A stretch of DNA of 64,000 bases from Octopus vulgaris. Its lineage: Eukaryota. Below are positions 1 to 13,475 of the stretch, in pieces. Every line of letters starts with the position of its first letter. Position 1 is the first letter of the stretch. The notes beneath the pieces were generated by a model. That model saw only the letters and a list, made by a program, of their open reading frames with translations, was not told the DNA's origin and searched no databases. Position numbers and translations under genes: made by a program. The stretch is taken from assembly GCA_951406725.2 (NCBI GenBank), contig OX597819.1, positions 62,682,001-62,746,000 on the forward strand, written 5' to 3'.

Positions 1-27
1 CGCTCTTAACCACTATGCCATATGCCC
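1..27 (-). mobile_element. 5' tRNA-like head of the HHR-tailed SINE-like family, running off the window edge
   Basis: Reverse complement reads GGGCATATGGCATAGTGGTTAAGAGCG. This overlaps the head at 62891 (GCGTAGTGTTTAAGAGCG) and contains an A-box-like TGGCATAGTGG. Confidence 0.6.
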
Positions 28-959
28 GTTGAGAAAGACTGCATTTAGCAAAGATATTTTTTATGGACAGTGGGATGGGATTTGACCGTTGAATAATTGT
101 TGCACTAAATCCCAAACCATTTCGCTAATGGTCTTTAATGAAAATATAATGTACCAAGATGCTGTGAAGTGTCATTGGATATTGAGTTACATGAAAGATA
201 AATTAGCCAATGACTTTGAAAATGCCAAGCATAGCAGTCGAAGCAGCTTTTCCTCTTATAAAATAACATTTCACAACGCGTTTGCAGTGTAGCACTGATA
301 CTAACAAAGACAATAAATGACTGGTTTACAGGGAAAATTCACTCCATGGGCATTATAACCGACAATACCCTTACACTCCACAGCAAGCTTCCACAGAAAT
401 TGTGATATTGAGAGACTTTGACTCAGTAGAATAGAGAGAGTTTAAGATCAGGACAAACTGCGTTTAATTGTCGTATGTTATTACACAGACGGCATTTGCT
501 AAAGAATGTCGGCTAAACATAAGTATATAGACCAAGTAGTCAAGGTACAGAGATCTCTCCAAGTTGACTATGAAGTAGAACCCTTCAGTTTCGTTGCAGG
601 ACAATCGTACTTCAAGAAAGACCTGGAAGAGAAACACTCTGTTTACCATATTAAATGTTTCTCGCAACTTTGAGTGCACCTTCTCTGAGATCTTTCACTT
701 TTACATCAGTTCACTTTCCGTAGGTTATGTTTTTACTATGTAAAAGCAAATACGATATACATTACGATAAAAAGAAACCGCGAAACTCTAAAACAACCAA
801 AAAACTTGATTATGTTGTTCCACTGAAAGATGTATAACATATACGACAGCTGCTGCTCTAAAAATGGAATCCCTCGCCATAATGTTTATAAAACATTACA
901 CAAATTCATCTGTAGAAATAAACGAATTTAAACAAGACTCTTGTTATTGAATGCACACC

Positions 960-1513
960 TGGTGGTTAGAGCGCTGGGCTCACATTCATGAGGTAATGAT
1001 TTCGAAACTCAGACGGGCTGTGTGTTGTGCTCTTGAGCAAGACACTTTATTTCATGTTGCTCCAGTTCAAATCAGATTTAGAAATTAGTTGCGACGTCAC
1101 AGATACCAAGCTGTATCGGCCTTTGCCTTTCTTTTGGATGACATCAGTGGCATGGAGAGATGAGGCTGATATGCACAGGGGAATGGTGGTCTTCCATAAA
1201 CAACCTTGCTCGTTGGAATATCGGGCTCACAATAATAAGATAGTAAGTTCGATTCCTGGACTGGGCTGTGTGTTGTGTTCTTGAGCAAGAACACAGCAGT
1301 TCACTCAGCTGTAGAAATGAGTTGAGACGTCACTGGTGTCAAGCTGTATCAGCCTTTACCTGTTCCTTATTTAACATCAGTGGCATGGAGAGGAGAAGCT
1401 GGTATGGATGTGCAACTACTGGTCTTCCCCGAAACAACTTTGCTCGGTTTTGTGCCTTGAAGGGGAACTTTCTAGGTGCAATCCCATGGTCATGATCGAA
1501 GGTGTCTTTACCC
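960..1513 (+). mobile_element. Two tandem degenerate copies of tRNA-derived CORE-like SINE family A
   Basis: Both units (about 960-1212 and 1213-1513) align by eye with the better-preserved copy at 45276-45622 (TGTGTTGTGTTCTTGAGCAAG...CAGTTCACTCAGCTGTAGAAATGAG...AACTTTCTAGGTGCAATCCCATGG). Confidence 0.8.
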
Positions 1514-2159
1514 ATTTCCAAATAAATCACACCCATAATTTAGTACTATACATTGGTGCAAAATATTTTCCCTTCGTAATTTTAGACTTGCTAAGTGTAT
1601 GAGTACCAATCTCATTTTTTCCCAGTTAGAATCAAAGATAAATTATGTGACGTATACACGAGAAAATACGGTAAATATCGACTCAAGGAATATTAGTAGA
1701 ATATTGCTGAGTACTGGGGTCAATGTTATCAACTTTATCCCTCGCTCGAAATTGCTGGTCTTGTGCCGAAATTTGAAACCATTATAAGTTTAAGAGACAA
1801 TCACGAAATGCGTCGATTTTCAAGAAAAGAAAATGGTTAGCTACCCTGCACTTTGTAAATACAATCTGTCGGTGGAAAAGTAAAATATGTTAGATTTTCC
1901 TAAAGTTCTACTTCAAATTTCATTTGTCTGAATGCAAACTTCAGCGATGCAGTTTGTTTCTTTATTAGGAATAAAATACTTTTCTTGCAGAAAAATAGCA
2001 AATAATTTGTACAAACACATACATATACATTCAAACATATATATCTATATATAGTCATCATAACAATGTAGGACAGTTAGAAATAATGGTGTATATAGGA
2101 ATTTATCCACGAATGTTCACATATAGAAGTATAAATACACATGCATGTGTATAAATGAA

Positions 2160-2558
2160 GAAGAAGATGTTGATGATGATGACGACGACAATGAAGACGA
2201 TGATGATAATGATAACAACGATAATGATGATGGGGGTGATAATGATTATTACACTAAGTATACACACCAAAAACAACAAAAGCAACAACGTTGACAGAAA
2301 GCAAAAGAGAAATTTAAAAAAACCAAAACAAAAAAAACAACTCCAAACCAAAAAATCACAACATAGAGAAATAAAAACAAATAAATAGAGAAATTGAATG
2401 AAAAGCGGAACTAGTGAAACGTATGGCCGAACATGGCGCTTGTAAATATTTGGGAAAATTCCACTTCGAGTAACAGTAATAACAACAAAACCACCACCAC
2501 CACCACCACCACCACCGACACCACCAACAACAACAACAATAATAATGATAATAATAAC

Positions 2559-2614
<56 letters not shown>

Positions 2615-2641
2615 CAACAACAATAATAATAATAGTAATAA

Positions 2642-2670
<29 letters not shown>
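2160..2670. repeat. Compound trinucleotide microsatellites (GAT/AAT/AAC/ACC) with short unique spacers
   Basis: Seen directly in the sequence. Confidence 0.9.
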
Positions 2671-2672
<2 letters not shown>

Positions 2673-3514
2673 ATTAAATAATAAATAAAACAACAATGGA
2701 CATTTCTAAATGTAAAAAAGCATTAAAATTTCAAATACAAAAAAAATGTAAAAAAAAAACGCAATTATATCGAAAAATGCACCAACCGGAACCCTGGAAC
2801 GAACTGATCCTCCACACAGCATATCTGACAGTTTCTGGGTCAAGTTCTCCGACATTGTCATCTCGTCACCATCCGACCGTATTAGCTTTAATAATGTGAA
2901 TCAAAATGTCGAAAAAAACATACCAATACAGATAGTTACATAAAGACACACACATGTACATTCATTCATGCACGCATACATACACATATACACACCTGCA
3001 TGTATACATTTATATATGTACATAAATTTCAACACAAGGAATAGTGATGGAACATTACCACCAAAATCCCTACACTGTGCAAACATAACAGGAGGGATAT
3101 TATTTGATTTGAACTGACAAGATGAAGTTAATACTGTCATGAAGGTCAGAAAAGGGTTAACACGGACAGCTCCTTCGAAACCTCCAACATCTACATACAT
3201 ATTAAAAATTCTTGTTCATTCCACAATGATAATTTGTGGGTTTGGTTTACTGGGTAGATGCCTAAGTGACAATCTAGGCAACCTGGGGTTTTCAGAAAAT
3301 AGACAAAAAGAATAAGAAAAAGAAATCACTAAGGTAACGTGAACATTACGAGTACATTCTGTAAGCAGAACAGTTAAAATATACGAAACTTTTCTGAAGT
3401 TCAAAATATGAAATTGTTTTTACTATTACACTCCAACAGTGGAGCTCTGTGACTTTGTTGGAAAACAGATCCTCTCTTACGGGAAGAGGTCAAATGTTTA
3501 AAAATAGAAAACAT

Positions 3515-4107
3515 AAATATATGAATGCATACAGACATACATATATACATACATACATACATGCATACATACATACATTCATGCATGAATGCATACATGC
3601 ACACACACATACATACATGCATTCATGCATGCATGCATACATACATACATACACACATATACACATTCATGCATAAATACATACATTCATGCATGAATGC
3701 ATACATACATGCATGCATATATATATACATACATACATACATGCATGCATACAGACAAACACACATACATGCATACTTACATGCACTCATGCACACATAA
3801 GTACATGCATGCATGCATACATACATGCATACATACATACATGCATGAATACATACATCCATTCATATATGCATGCATACATAAATACATGCATCGATAC
3901 ATACATGCATGCATGCATGCATCCGTACATACATACATACATGCATACATATATACATAAATATATACATACATACATGCATGCATGCATGCGTACTTAC
4001 ATACATGCGTACATATATACATGCATGCATGCATGCGTACATACATACATGCATACATACATACATACATACATGCATACTTACATACATACATGCATAC
4101 ATACATA
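3515..4107. repeat. Degenerate (CATA/CATG)n tetranucleotide satellite
   Basis: Seen directly; it is the source of the HTYI/MYVC ORFs. Confidence 0.95.
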
Positions 4108-4119
4108 CAAGGCTGCCAG

Positions 4120-4370
4120 GTTCATACTGTCTAAATTCTTCTAGAAAAGCCTTAATACCGTGTCACATAACGGATCCTCCTCTAACGGTAAGAAACTTCA
4201 GAAACACAATAATGAGGATTTACATGAAGACACGTATATAAATTTACATAGTGACCTGCTGTTGAGACAGACAATTACTTCGAGTAGAGGAAGAACTGCT
4301 ATTCACGGTCCCAGTTGAACATGTATTGCGGCAGGAATCTCAAAAGGGCAGCAATGACGAACTCCCTTCT
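4120..4370 (+). pseudogene. Possible highly decayed LINE reverse-transcriptase fragment
   Basis: Frameshifted pieces read ...NTVSH..., DRQLLRVE and IAAGISKG, echoing the KAFDxVxH / DRxQxV / GVPQGS order of CR1/Jockey-type RT. Weak. Confidence 0.3.
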
Positions 4371-4507
4371 TCAACAAAAACCAATCACATAAGATTGGCC
4401 AGTGAAAAGGTGATTAGACTGGCGGTTGCTCCAGCATGACCACAGCAGAAACGTATAAAAGTATAAAATGCGTTTATATATTTCTGTATGTGTCTCTATT
4501 GATGTAT

Positions 4508-4818
4508 TCTTTTACTTTTTCATTCGTTTACTTGTTTCATCAGTTGACTACGGCTATGCTGGAGCACCGCCTTTAGTTGAGGAAATCCACCCCAAGACTT
4601 ATTCTTTGTAAGCCTAGTACTTATTCTATCGGTCTCTAAGTTACAGGGACGTAAACACTCCAGCATCGGTTGCGAAGCGATGTTGGGAAACAATCAATAA
4701 CACACAAACACATACACATACATACATACATACATACATACATACATACATACATACATACATACATACATACATACATACATACATACAGACAGACAGA
4801 CATATATATATATATATA

Positions 4819-4884
<66 letters not shown>

Positions 4885-4998
4885 CGTCGGGCTTCTTTCA
4901 GTTTCCGTCTGCCAAATCCACTCACAAGGCTTTGGTTGGCCTGAGGCTATAATAGAAGACACTTGCGCAAGGTGCCACGCAGTGGGACTGAATCTGGA
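4508..4998 (-). mobile_element. SINE family C (tRNA-like head, internal microsatellite, AAAAGAGT-type tail)
   Basis: Reverse-complement match to 49726-50165, including GGCGGTGCTCCAGCAT, GACGGAAACTGAAAGAAGCCCG and CAGTCCCACTGCGTGGCACC. Confidence 0.85.
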
Positions 4999-5045
4999 AC
5001 AAGAATGATCCGTAAGGATGTAAACACACATACAAAATCATTTCT

Positions 5046-5345
5046 GTAAACATTGTTTGCCAACATAACATGGCAGTCCTGGTTTAGGACTAATGTTGCT
5101 GTAATTTAACCCCAGGATATATCGTCTCCAGCTGGCTACACGACACGATCTGTGTCCTTATATTTTCGAACAAGGGATACAGATATAAGGACACAGATCG
5201 TGTAGTATAGCCAACTGGAGACGATGTCTCCTGGGGCTAAATTACAGGAACATTCGTCCTAAACTAGGACTGACATGTTATGTTGGCAAACAATCTTTAC
5301 TCCATAGTACTGCTGCTGAATATCTCACGTTGTGAGATTTACAAA
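5046..5345 (+). mobile_element. Asymmetric fold-back insertion, PLE-like family P1
   Basis: Inverted arms of about 118 bp (5046-5163 / 5183-5300) around a 19-bp spacer, then an unpaired 45-nt tail ending in the mini-hairpin ATCTCAC-GTT-GTGAGAT. Homologous to 43975-44467. Confidence 0.7.
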
Positions 5346-5361
5346 TAGTAATTTTCTAAAA

Positions 5362-5730
5362 TCTTTTCTACTCTAGGTAAATGGCCCGAAATTTTGGGGG
5401 AGGGCGCCAGTCGATTAGATCGACCACAGTACATAACTGATACTTAATTTATTGACTTCGGCGGAATTTGAACTTAGAACATAAAGACAGACGACATACC
5501 TATTTCTTTACTACCCACTAGGGGATAAATGCAGAGGGGACAAACAACGACTGACAAACGGATTAAGTCGATTATATCGACCCCAGTGCGTAACTGGTAC
5601 TTAATTTATTGACCCCGAAAGGATGAATGGCAAAGTCAACCTCGGCGGAATTTGAACTCAGAACGTAACGGCAGACGAAATACGGCTACTCTTTCACCCG
5701 GCGTGCTAACGTTTCTGCCAGCTCGCCGCC
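5362..5730 (-). mobile_element. SINE family B (GGCGGCGAGCTGGCAG head) with partial internal tandem unit
   Basis: Reverse complement matches 34444-34982 and 58005-58657; B-box-like GAGTTCAAATTCC. Confidence 0.85.
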
Positions 5731-5777
5731 TTATCACACATACAAAATACCGCAGAAATATACTTAGACACATACAA

Positions 5778-6090
5778 GGTGCGTGGCTTAGTTGTTTGAG
5801 TATTCAGCTCACGATTCTATGGTCGTGTGTTCAATTCTCGGCCGCGCCATGTGTTCTTGAGCAAGAGGCTGTATTTCATGTCGGCCCAGTCCACTCAGTT
5901 GGAAATTATGAGTAGTATCTGATTCAAAGGCTTATCACATTCTGTGACTCGCTGAATTTCTCCGAGAACTACGTTGAGGGTAAACGTGTCTGTGGAGTGC
6001 TCAGCCACTTGCACGTTAATTTCACGAGCAGGCTGTTCCACAGAACGGATCAGCTGGAGCCCTCGTCAGTGTAACCGACCGAGTACCAGT
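5778..6090 (+). mobile_element. tRNA-derived CORE-like SINE with a different 3' half (family D)
   Basis: A-box TGGCTTAGTTG, B-box GTTCAATTC, and a core similar to family A (TGTGTTCTTGAGCAAG...CCAGTCCACTCAG). The tail GTGGAGTGCTCAGCCACTTGCACGTTAATTTC recurs degenerately near 18003-18035. Confidence 0.7.
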
Positions 6091-6597
6091 TAATATTAAT
6101 CTATACCCACAACAGACATAACTTTTTTTTCTGAAATGCAATAAATAAATCGACGGCATTTTTCTTTTCTTAAATCGACGCCATATTGTTTTAGTGTCTA
6201 ATTTCGACATTGATGGTATAGCTTTTCGTTTCTACTTCTAATAACGATGTAGATGACGGTGAAGGCTGCAATGTAGACGATGCTTGTGTAGTAGTTGTAT
6301 TTTAGATGTTCAACTCGTTGTTTTCACAATAAACATTTTCCTTTTATCCTATTGTGTCTTATATTTAACGTCTTGATGTTAAAATCTATACAATGTTGTT
6401 CTTGGTTACGTTCTCCGTGAAAACCATTTTTCAATCACCACACCACTCCTAAACTAACCCACACACGTGACTAACCATCGCTTTAAGTGTGTTTTCGTTT
6501 AATTTCGCATCAAACTTGTCATGTTTCATTGTTTATTATTTGTTCTCGCCTGCCCTAACTTATGTATGTACGAATGTATCATACCAACGTAACAGCC

Positions 6598-6598
6598 A

Positions 6599-6693
<95 letters not shown>

Positions 6694-6796
6694 AGTCTGT
6701 CTGCCAGTTTATTTGTCTGTCTGTCTGCCCCCCTCTCTTTCTCTCTCTCTATCTATCTGTCTGTCTGCCAGCTTATTTGTCTGTCTGCCTCTCTCC

Positions 6797-6839
<43 letters not shown>

Positions 6840-6883
6840 ACTGTCTGTCAGTCTGCATGTTTGTCTGTCTGTTTGTCTGTCTG

Positions 6884-6978
<95 letters not shown>

Positions 6979-6980
6979 AT
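6598..6980. repeat. (TATC)n/(TGTC)n/(TC)n compound microsatellite
   Basis: Seen directly in the sequence. Confidence 0.95.
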
Positions 6981-6999
6981 ACGTATCAAAATTGTGCCA

Positions 7000-7360
7000 A
7001 AATTTGTAATCAATACACATACTATATTTCCACGACCAAATTTAACAACGGCATGTTTGGTCCCATGTGAGCAACGAGTTGTAAACTTCGGGGCTCACAA
7101 CACCTCCATTTTGGGTTTCAGAATTAACGGTGGGACAAAGATGAACGTCATCATTAATATTCTTTGCTTGATTCCTGCTTTCAACCGCTCTTCCGTAATC
7201 CTCACGTTGTGCATTGTTGTGCTTCTCGGTAGATGTTCAAAGCGCCATCTCATCTTCTTTTCACGTTTCGTACACCAGTTTGAATATTTTCATAAGATGC
7301 CATGGCAAGCTCCTCAGCGAACAGAGAATATGCTGATTCACTCTTCGGCTGGAACTCCCT
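7000..7360 (-). pseudogene. Possible decayed Tc1/mariner-superfamily transposase fragment
   Basis: Minus-strand pieces LRSLPWHLMKIFKLVYET*KEDE, NDDVHL and [10 protein letters not shown] resemble the ..HPYKIQLVxEL..D, SDExHF and TVKFGGG segments of Tc1-like transposases. Many stops and frameshifts. Confidence 0.35.
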
Positions 7361-7667
7361 AGAATTGATATTTCATGGGCATAAGGAAAGCATCTGAATG
7401 TTTTTAGATCTGCAAACAAGATGATTTCTCCTTTATCGATGCGCTCGATAACAGATTTAAAAAAAAATTCTGTTCATAATTAGAACTGTTCTGTTTGGAA
7501 TAAACTCAATAAAAGAAGAATGATTGGAAACTGTTACTTGTTTTTCATTTGGATCACTCTTTTCGTACCGTTTCTGACTGAACATTGCATGTGTGCGTGT
7601 GTGTAAGTGTGAATGTGTGAGTGTGTTTGTGAAACTGTGTGTCCTTTTGATTTATCATCATCATCAC

Positions 7668-7743
<76 letters not shown>

Positions 7744-8274
7744 GAGTGAGAGAGCAGTTCATGCCATCAAAGTGACACTGGGGTAAAATATACGAAGCCC
7801 AATATACCCATCATGACTACCCGTCTGATAAGGTTACACGAGGCACATGCATCACAACCATATGTGCGCGACATGGTGATCTCATATCAAGATAAACAGC
7901 ATATGACCTTGCAGGTGGGGCCCAGTTAGAATTTTCTTCAGGCTGAGTAGCCCATCCCGCTCAAAAGGTCCCTGAATAAGGGTTGTTTAAGGATGTTGAA
8001 AGAACCACCCACGTTTCCAGAAGCGAATTATTGAAACCCCAAAGAATCCCTCTCAACACATGGCTATGATGCTCCCCCACTACTTCTGTTCGTGATCAGA
8101 GATGCACATATCGTCAGCCACCAAGGGACATGCTCGACTGGTTATGGTCAAACAACTGAGAAGCAAATCTGTGGTATTGAGCAGAATATTTGCGGTAGCC
8201 CATCTTTTATACCAAGACAAAAAAATGTACATGATGACACTTCCAATGAGATAAGATTAGAAGCCATGAGAGCC
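7744..8274 (-). mobile_element. Non-coding ~550-bp element embedded in (TAA)n (family T)
   Basis: Homologous copies at 11237-11750 (-) and 16223-16566 (+). All share the 3' end ...GCTCTCTCA(C/T)TC-AATAAT and are flanked by TAA repeats. Confidence 0.85.
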
Positions 8275-8503
<229 letters not shown>

Positions 8504-8535
8504 CATTATTATTATTATTATTATTATTATTTTAC

Positions 8536-10151
8536 TATCTTTGCACACCTAACTTAGAACCGCTCGAAAACTCCGGATGGTGCTCGAAAAATAAGAGGTG
8601 TTTCCTTAGTTCACTAGTAGTGAACAGCTGACACCGTAGTAAATCTCCAGCTGTTCATAACCAGTGAACTAATGTAATACCCCTTATTTTTCGAGCACCA
8701 TCCGGAGTATTCGAGCGGTTCCAAGTAGTGCTGTTTTCTGCAAGTGCTCCTCCCTTATTGCTACCCCTATTTGTTACACGTACTTCTCAAGAATTTTATT
8801 CACTGTTCCCATGGTTCCGACAATTATTGGTACTACTACCACCTTTTCAGCGACCACAACTGCTTAATCTCCCACGCTAAATGTCATATCTATCGGCCTT
8901 TTTGTCTTCCTTATCGCATATGTTGTTGTGAGCTGGACATGTTATATCTATAATCCAGCTATCTTTGCCAATTAACACCATGTCTGGTTTCCTATTCTCT
9001 ATCTCGTGGTCGCACTGAATCATAAAATACCATAGGATATTTGCTTTATCATTTTCGTTGATGCCTTTGTGTTTATGTTCGTACCACTGTTTTGATCTGT
9101 CAAGTCCATACTTTTGCAAAGTGTCCAATGGACAATCTTTGCTATTTTGTCATGAAGTCTCTTATATTCTTTGTGGGCTAATGGCGTATATTGATTGGTA
9201 ATATGCTATATGGTTTCACCATTTTGTCCACAAATTCTGCCTTATCACTTTCTGACGTGTCATCTATTCTGTATTTGATGTAATTGTTTCTTAAAGCTTG
9301 CTCTTGGGAGGCACAGATTAGAGCCACAGTTTTCGGTTTTAAATCCTTTTTAGTCAACGATAGCCGTCTTTTTTCTGTCTGTCTCATCTTCAACATTTAT
9401 ATGAAATTGTCTATGCATTCTTTTCTTTATCCACCTATTTTGAGTTTCATTAATTATCAAGTCCCTGTACAGTGCTTTATCTCTGCAATCTTCCATCTTA
9501 CACAAGCCTGACCTTATTTCGATAATAGTGGTTCTGTGGCATTTTTTACATGCTTCTCCTGATTTCTATTGTCCCTAAACTGCTTCCATATGCTGTCAGT
9601 TCCGTCCTCCACTTTGCCATACTTTTTCCAAGCAATCGCTCAACGTTCGATGCAATACCAAATAGGTTCATACATTCCATAATCCAAAAATGTGGGATCA
9701 TATCGTACGCCTTACGATAATCGATCCATGACATGGCTAAGTTAGTTTTCCTCCTCTTGCATTGTCTAAGTACAGTTTTGTCTACCAGGAGTTGAACTTT
9801 TTTACCTCTGCACTTACGCTTGCAACCCATTTGCTTATGTGGCAGGACTCCATTGTTTTCCAGATGTACGTGCATTGACTCTGCGACTATTCCAGTCAAT
9901 AATTTCATCATAAGTAGCAATAGGATATCGGCCTGTAATTGTCTGCCATTTGTTTTTTTTTTCGATGTTTTTCAAGCACAGCACTGTCCTACACATTTAG
10001 CAAGAATTTGGGTTGTGCAGATATTCGTGCATGACATTCACCAAATCTTTTGATCCAGTAGCCTTGAAATCCACCTGGTCCCGACGCCTTCCAGTTGCTC
10101 ATTTTTTTGTTGATTTCCTTCACCTCCCTCACTGAAATGACTAGTTCTGCC

Positions 10152-10154
<3 letters not shown>
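8536..10154 (-). mobile_element. Degenerate R4/Dong-like RLE non-LTR retrotransposon fragment
   Basis: Minus-strand peptides [33 protein letters not shown] (RT), LICASQEQALRNN, RKPDMVLI...IIDITCP (RLE) and LLGTARILR. An internal deletion near 9545 removes the catalytic RT core. Flanked by (TAA)n/(CAA)n. Confidence 0.9.
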
Positions 10155-10185
<31 letters not shown>

Positions 10186-10664
10186 ATTATTATTATTATT
10201 ATTATTATTTTGACGGTCGTCATTTTCGTAGGGTACCGGTCCGTTCATTTCTGTTGTCACATTGTTTTGCACGTGTAGTTTTTCGTACATTTTATGTTGT
10301 AAGTTTACAGTACGTACTTCCCGATTGTTATTCTTGGGTTGAATAATACCGGTATTATTTAATTTATTCGTAGCTTTTTGGACATGGTGTTTGGGGGCGG
10401 AGATGATCTGGTGTTGATGGATCGTAATGTATCAAGCATGTTTACATGTGTTGTGTTAGAGGTGGAGATGATATCGAGTTAAAATACATAATTTCGTTTT
10501 GAAAATAGTAATAAATTTCGATGAGTATTACTTACTCGGATATAGTCCAATCCTTTGTCAGTTATTTTTTTAGCTTCATACGATGTCTTTGTTTCCGATG
10601 TTTGAGGATATATTTAAGAGCACTGTTTTATCGCTCTCACATGTTTAACGTCCCCGGTGTAATC

Positions 10665-10730
<66 letters not shown>

Positions 10731-11132
10731 GCATTACTAGTAGTATATGCCATTATTTTCTGCCATAAATTTTCTCTTATTAGGTGTCATGTTTTCTGTC
10801 AGAATGTTATTATTTTTTCTCTTTGCTGTCTGCCAAAACGCACAAGATTTCGTGTAATGTATTTTTTTCTGAGCACGTTTTGAAACGGTCTATTTTGTTT
10901 ACGAGTGACAGAAGCTAAAAAAAAATGTAAAAGAAAAAAAATATCCGAAATTAATGACTTTTTCCGGCAAACGAGGAAAACTTAATGTAAACAATTAAAT
11001 TCCTATCTCTCTACTGAGAAGTTCTGCATTAAAAAAAACAAGAAAAAAATGTTTTGCCAAGTAGTTTCATTGAGTAGAATAACGACTATGAGTGAGTTAA
11101 GCGAAACACATCCCATAATTTCAAAATATACT

Positions 11133-11204
<72 letters not shown>

Positions 11205-11236
11205 ATAATAATAATAATAATAATGATAATATTATT

Positions 11237-11750
11237 GAATGAGAGAGCAGCGTATGCCATGAAAGTGACACTGGTGTAAAATATACGAGGCCCAATATAC
11301 CCATCATGACTACCCGTCTGATAAGTGCGCGACATGGTGATCTCATACCAGGATAAACAAAGCGTGACTTGCAGGTGGAGCCCAGTCAGAATTCTGTTCA
11401 GCTCCAGTAGCCCTTCTCGCTTAAAAGATCCCTGAATTGAGGATGTTGATTAAAAAATACCTGTTTCCAGTAGTGAATTATTGAGACCCTAAAGAATCCC
11501 TCTCAACACATGGCTATGACGCTTCCCCACTACGTCTGTTCGTGAACAGAGATGCACATATCATGAGCCACCAAGGGATACGTTCAACAGGTGAAGATCA
11601 AACAACTGACAAGCAAATCTGTGGTATCGAGCAGAATATTTACTGCAGCTCCTCTTTTATACCAAGACAAAACAATGTACATGAAAACACTTCCAATCAG
11701 TTAAGATAAAATGCCATGAAACCAACTGCCTGATACTTCATCAGCGCATT
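11237..11750 (-). mobile_element. Family T (TAA)n-embedded element with the longest 5' end
   Basis: Aligns with 7744-8274, with a ~30-bp deletion near 11325 and ~30 extra 5' bases. Confidence 0.85.
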
Positions 11751-11766
11751 TATTATTATTATCATT

Positions 11767-11987
11767 GCCTTTGCACAGCTTCTAACACTGGAGATGTACT
11801 ACGGTGTCAGCTGTTCACTACCAGTGAACTAAGGTAACAACTCTTATTTTTCGAGCACTTTCCGGAGTATTCGAGCGGTTCCAAGCAGCGTTTTTTTCCT
11901 CTGCAAGTGCTCCAACCTTATTGCAGCCCCTATTTGTTCCACGTACTTCTCGAGATTTTTGCTCCCTTTTCCCAGGGCTCCGACAAT
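11767..11987 (-). mobile_element. 3' end of an RLE LINE (same family as 8536-10154)
   Basis: IVGALGKGSKNLEKYVEQIGAAIRLEHLQ..LLGTARILRKVLEK* plus a 3' UTR matching 8649-8730. Confidence 0.9.
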
Positions 11988-12473
11988 TCTTCTTCTTCTT
12001 CTTCTTCTTCTTCTTCTTCTTCTTCTTCTTCTTCTTCTTCTTCTTCTTCTTCTTCTTCTTCTTTTCCTTCTTCTTCTTCTTCTTCTTCTTCTTCTTCTTC
12101 TTTTCTTCTTCTTCTTCTTCTTCTTCTTCTTCTTCTTCTTCTTCTTCTTCTTCTTCTTCTTCTTCTTCTTCTTCTTCTTCTTCTTCTTCTTCTTCTTCTT
12201 CTTCTTCTCCTTCTTCTTCTTTTTCTTCTTTTTCTTCTTTTTCTTCTTTTTCTTCTTCTTCTTCATCTCCTCCCCCTCCTCCCCCTTCTTCTTCTCCTTC
12301 TCCTTCTTCTTCTTCTCCTTCTTCTTCTTCTCCTTCTTCTCCTTCTTCTCTTCTTCTAATTTTTATTATTATTATTTTTATTATTATCATTATTATTATT
12401 ATTATTATCATCATCATCATCATTATTATTATTATTATTATTATTGTTTTTATTATTATAATTATTATTATTA

Positions 12474-12541
<68 letters not shown>
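11987..12541. repeat. (TTC)n polypyrimidine tract (~370 bp) followed by (TTA)n
   Basis: Seen directly in the sequence. Confidence 0.95.
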
Positions 12542-12897
12542 GTTAACGGAGCTTCACACGAGTTCTCGATGCATTATAGAAAAAATACAGTAGTTAGCTA
12601 GGTCAAGGACGCCTTTGATCGTAGATTAAACAATAACGCTAATGATTTCATCCTTATATATTAACTGGAACAGTATATTACTGTTTTTGGAGTTGTCTAT
12701 GATTTCACTGTTTATGTCAAGATTAAAAGAAATATGGAAACAATGAATCAAAACCAAATATATTTAATATCTTTTTCATACAGCTGCTTCTTTGCTTTGC
12801 ATTGCTCATTCCCTTTATGTAACTGAGAGAGCTTTGATGTATTGAATTGTTGCAAAACGAGAACATTGCACGTATACACATAAAAATGGCCATACGT

Positions 12898-13058
12898 ACA
12901 CACTTTTATGCATACATCTATAAAAAACAAGTATAATTACGCCCACACATGTATATATGTATATAAAGGCAATTATATATAAATATACGTGTGTGTGTAT
13001 GTATATAAAGCTGTATATATATATAGATATAATTATATATATATATCTATACTATATA

Positions 13059-13093
<35 letters not shown>

Positions 13094-13107
13094 TCACACA
13101 CATATAT

Positions 13108-13167
<60 letters not shown>

Positions 13168-13475
13168 GTATATAGATATGTGTGTGCGTGTATATATAAG
13201 TAGATACATACACACTTTTATGCATACATCTATAAAAACAAGTATAATTACGCCCAGACATGTATATATGTATATAAAGGCAATTATATATAAATATATG
13301 TGTGGGTGTATGTACATAAAGCTGTATATATATATATATATATATATATATTGATATTTATATATATATATCTATACTATATATATACACACACACAGAC
13401 ATATATATATATACATATATATATACATATATATGTATATAGATATGTGTGTGCGTGTATATATAAGTAGATATA
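12898..13475 (+). repeat. Local tandem duplication of a ~310-bp microsatellite-rich unit
   Basis: CACTTTTATGCATACATCTATAAAAA(A)CAAGTATAATTACGCCC occurs at about 12901 and 13213; ATAGATATGTGTGTGCGTGTATATATAAGTAGATA occurs at about 13172 and 13439. Confidence 0.8.

Noticed and set aside
2901-3200. 99-aa minus-strand ORF (MYVDVGGFEGAVRVNPF...) as a host exon
   Set aside because: No recognisable domain, it ends in microsatellite, and no partner exons are evident.
10210-10663. Unique segment between (TAA)n arrays, possibly the 5' region of the adjacent RLE element
   Set aside because: Stops in the frames examined and no motif or second copy in the window.
11705-11750. CTGATGA on the minus strand at the 5' end of the family T element
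   Set aside because: No correctly placed GAAA or NUH triplet; likely chance.
11987-12357. Long GAA/TTC tract as a functional triplex-forming element
   Set aside because: Triplex potential is generic to such tracts and nothing here indicates function.
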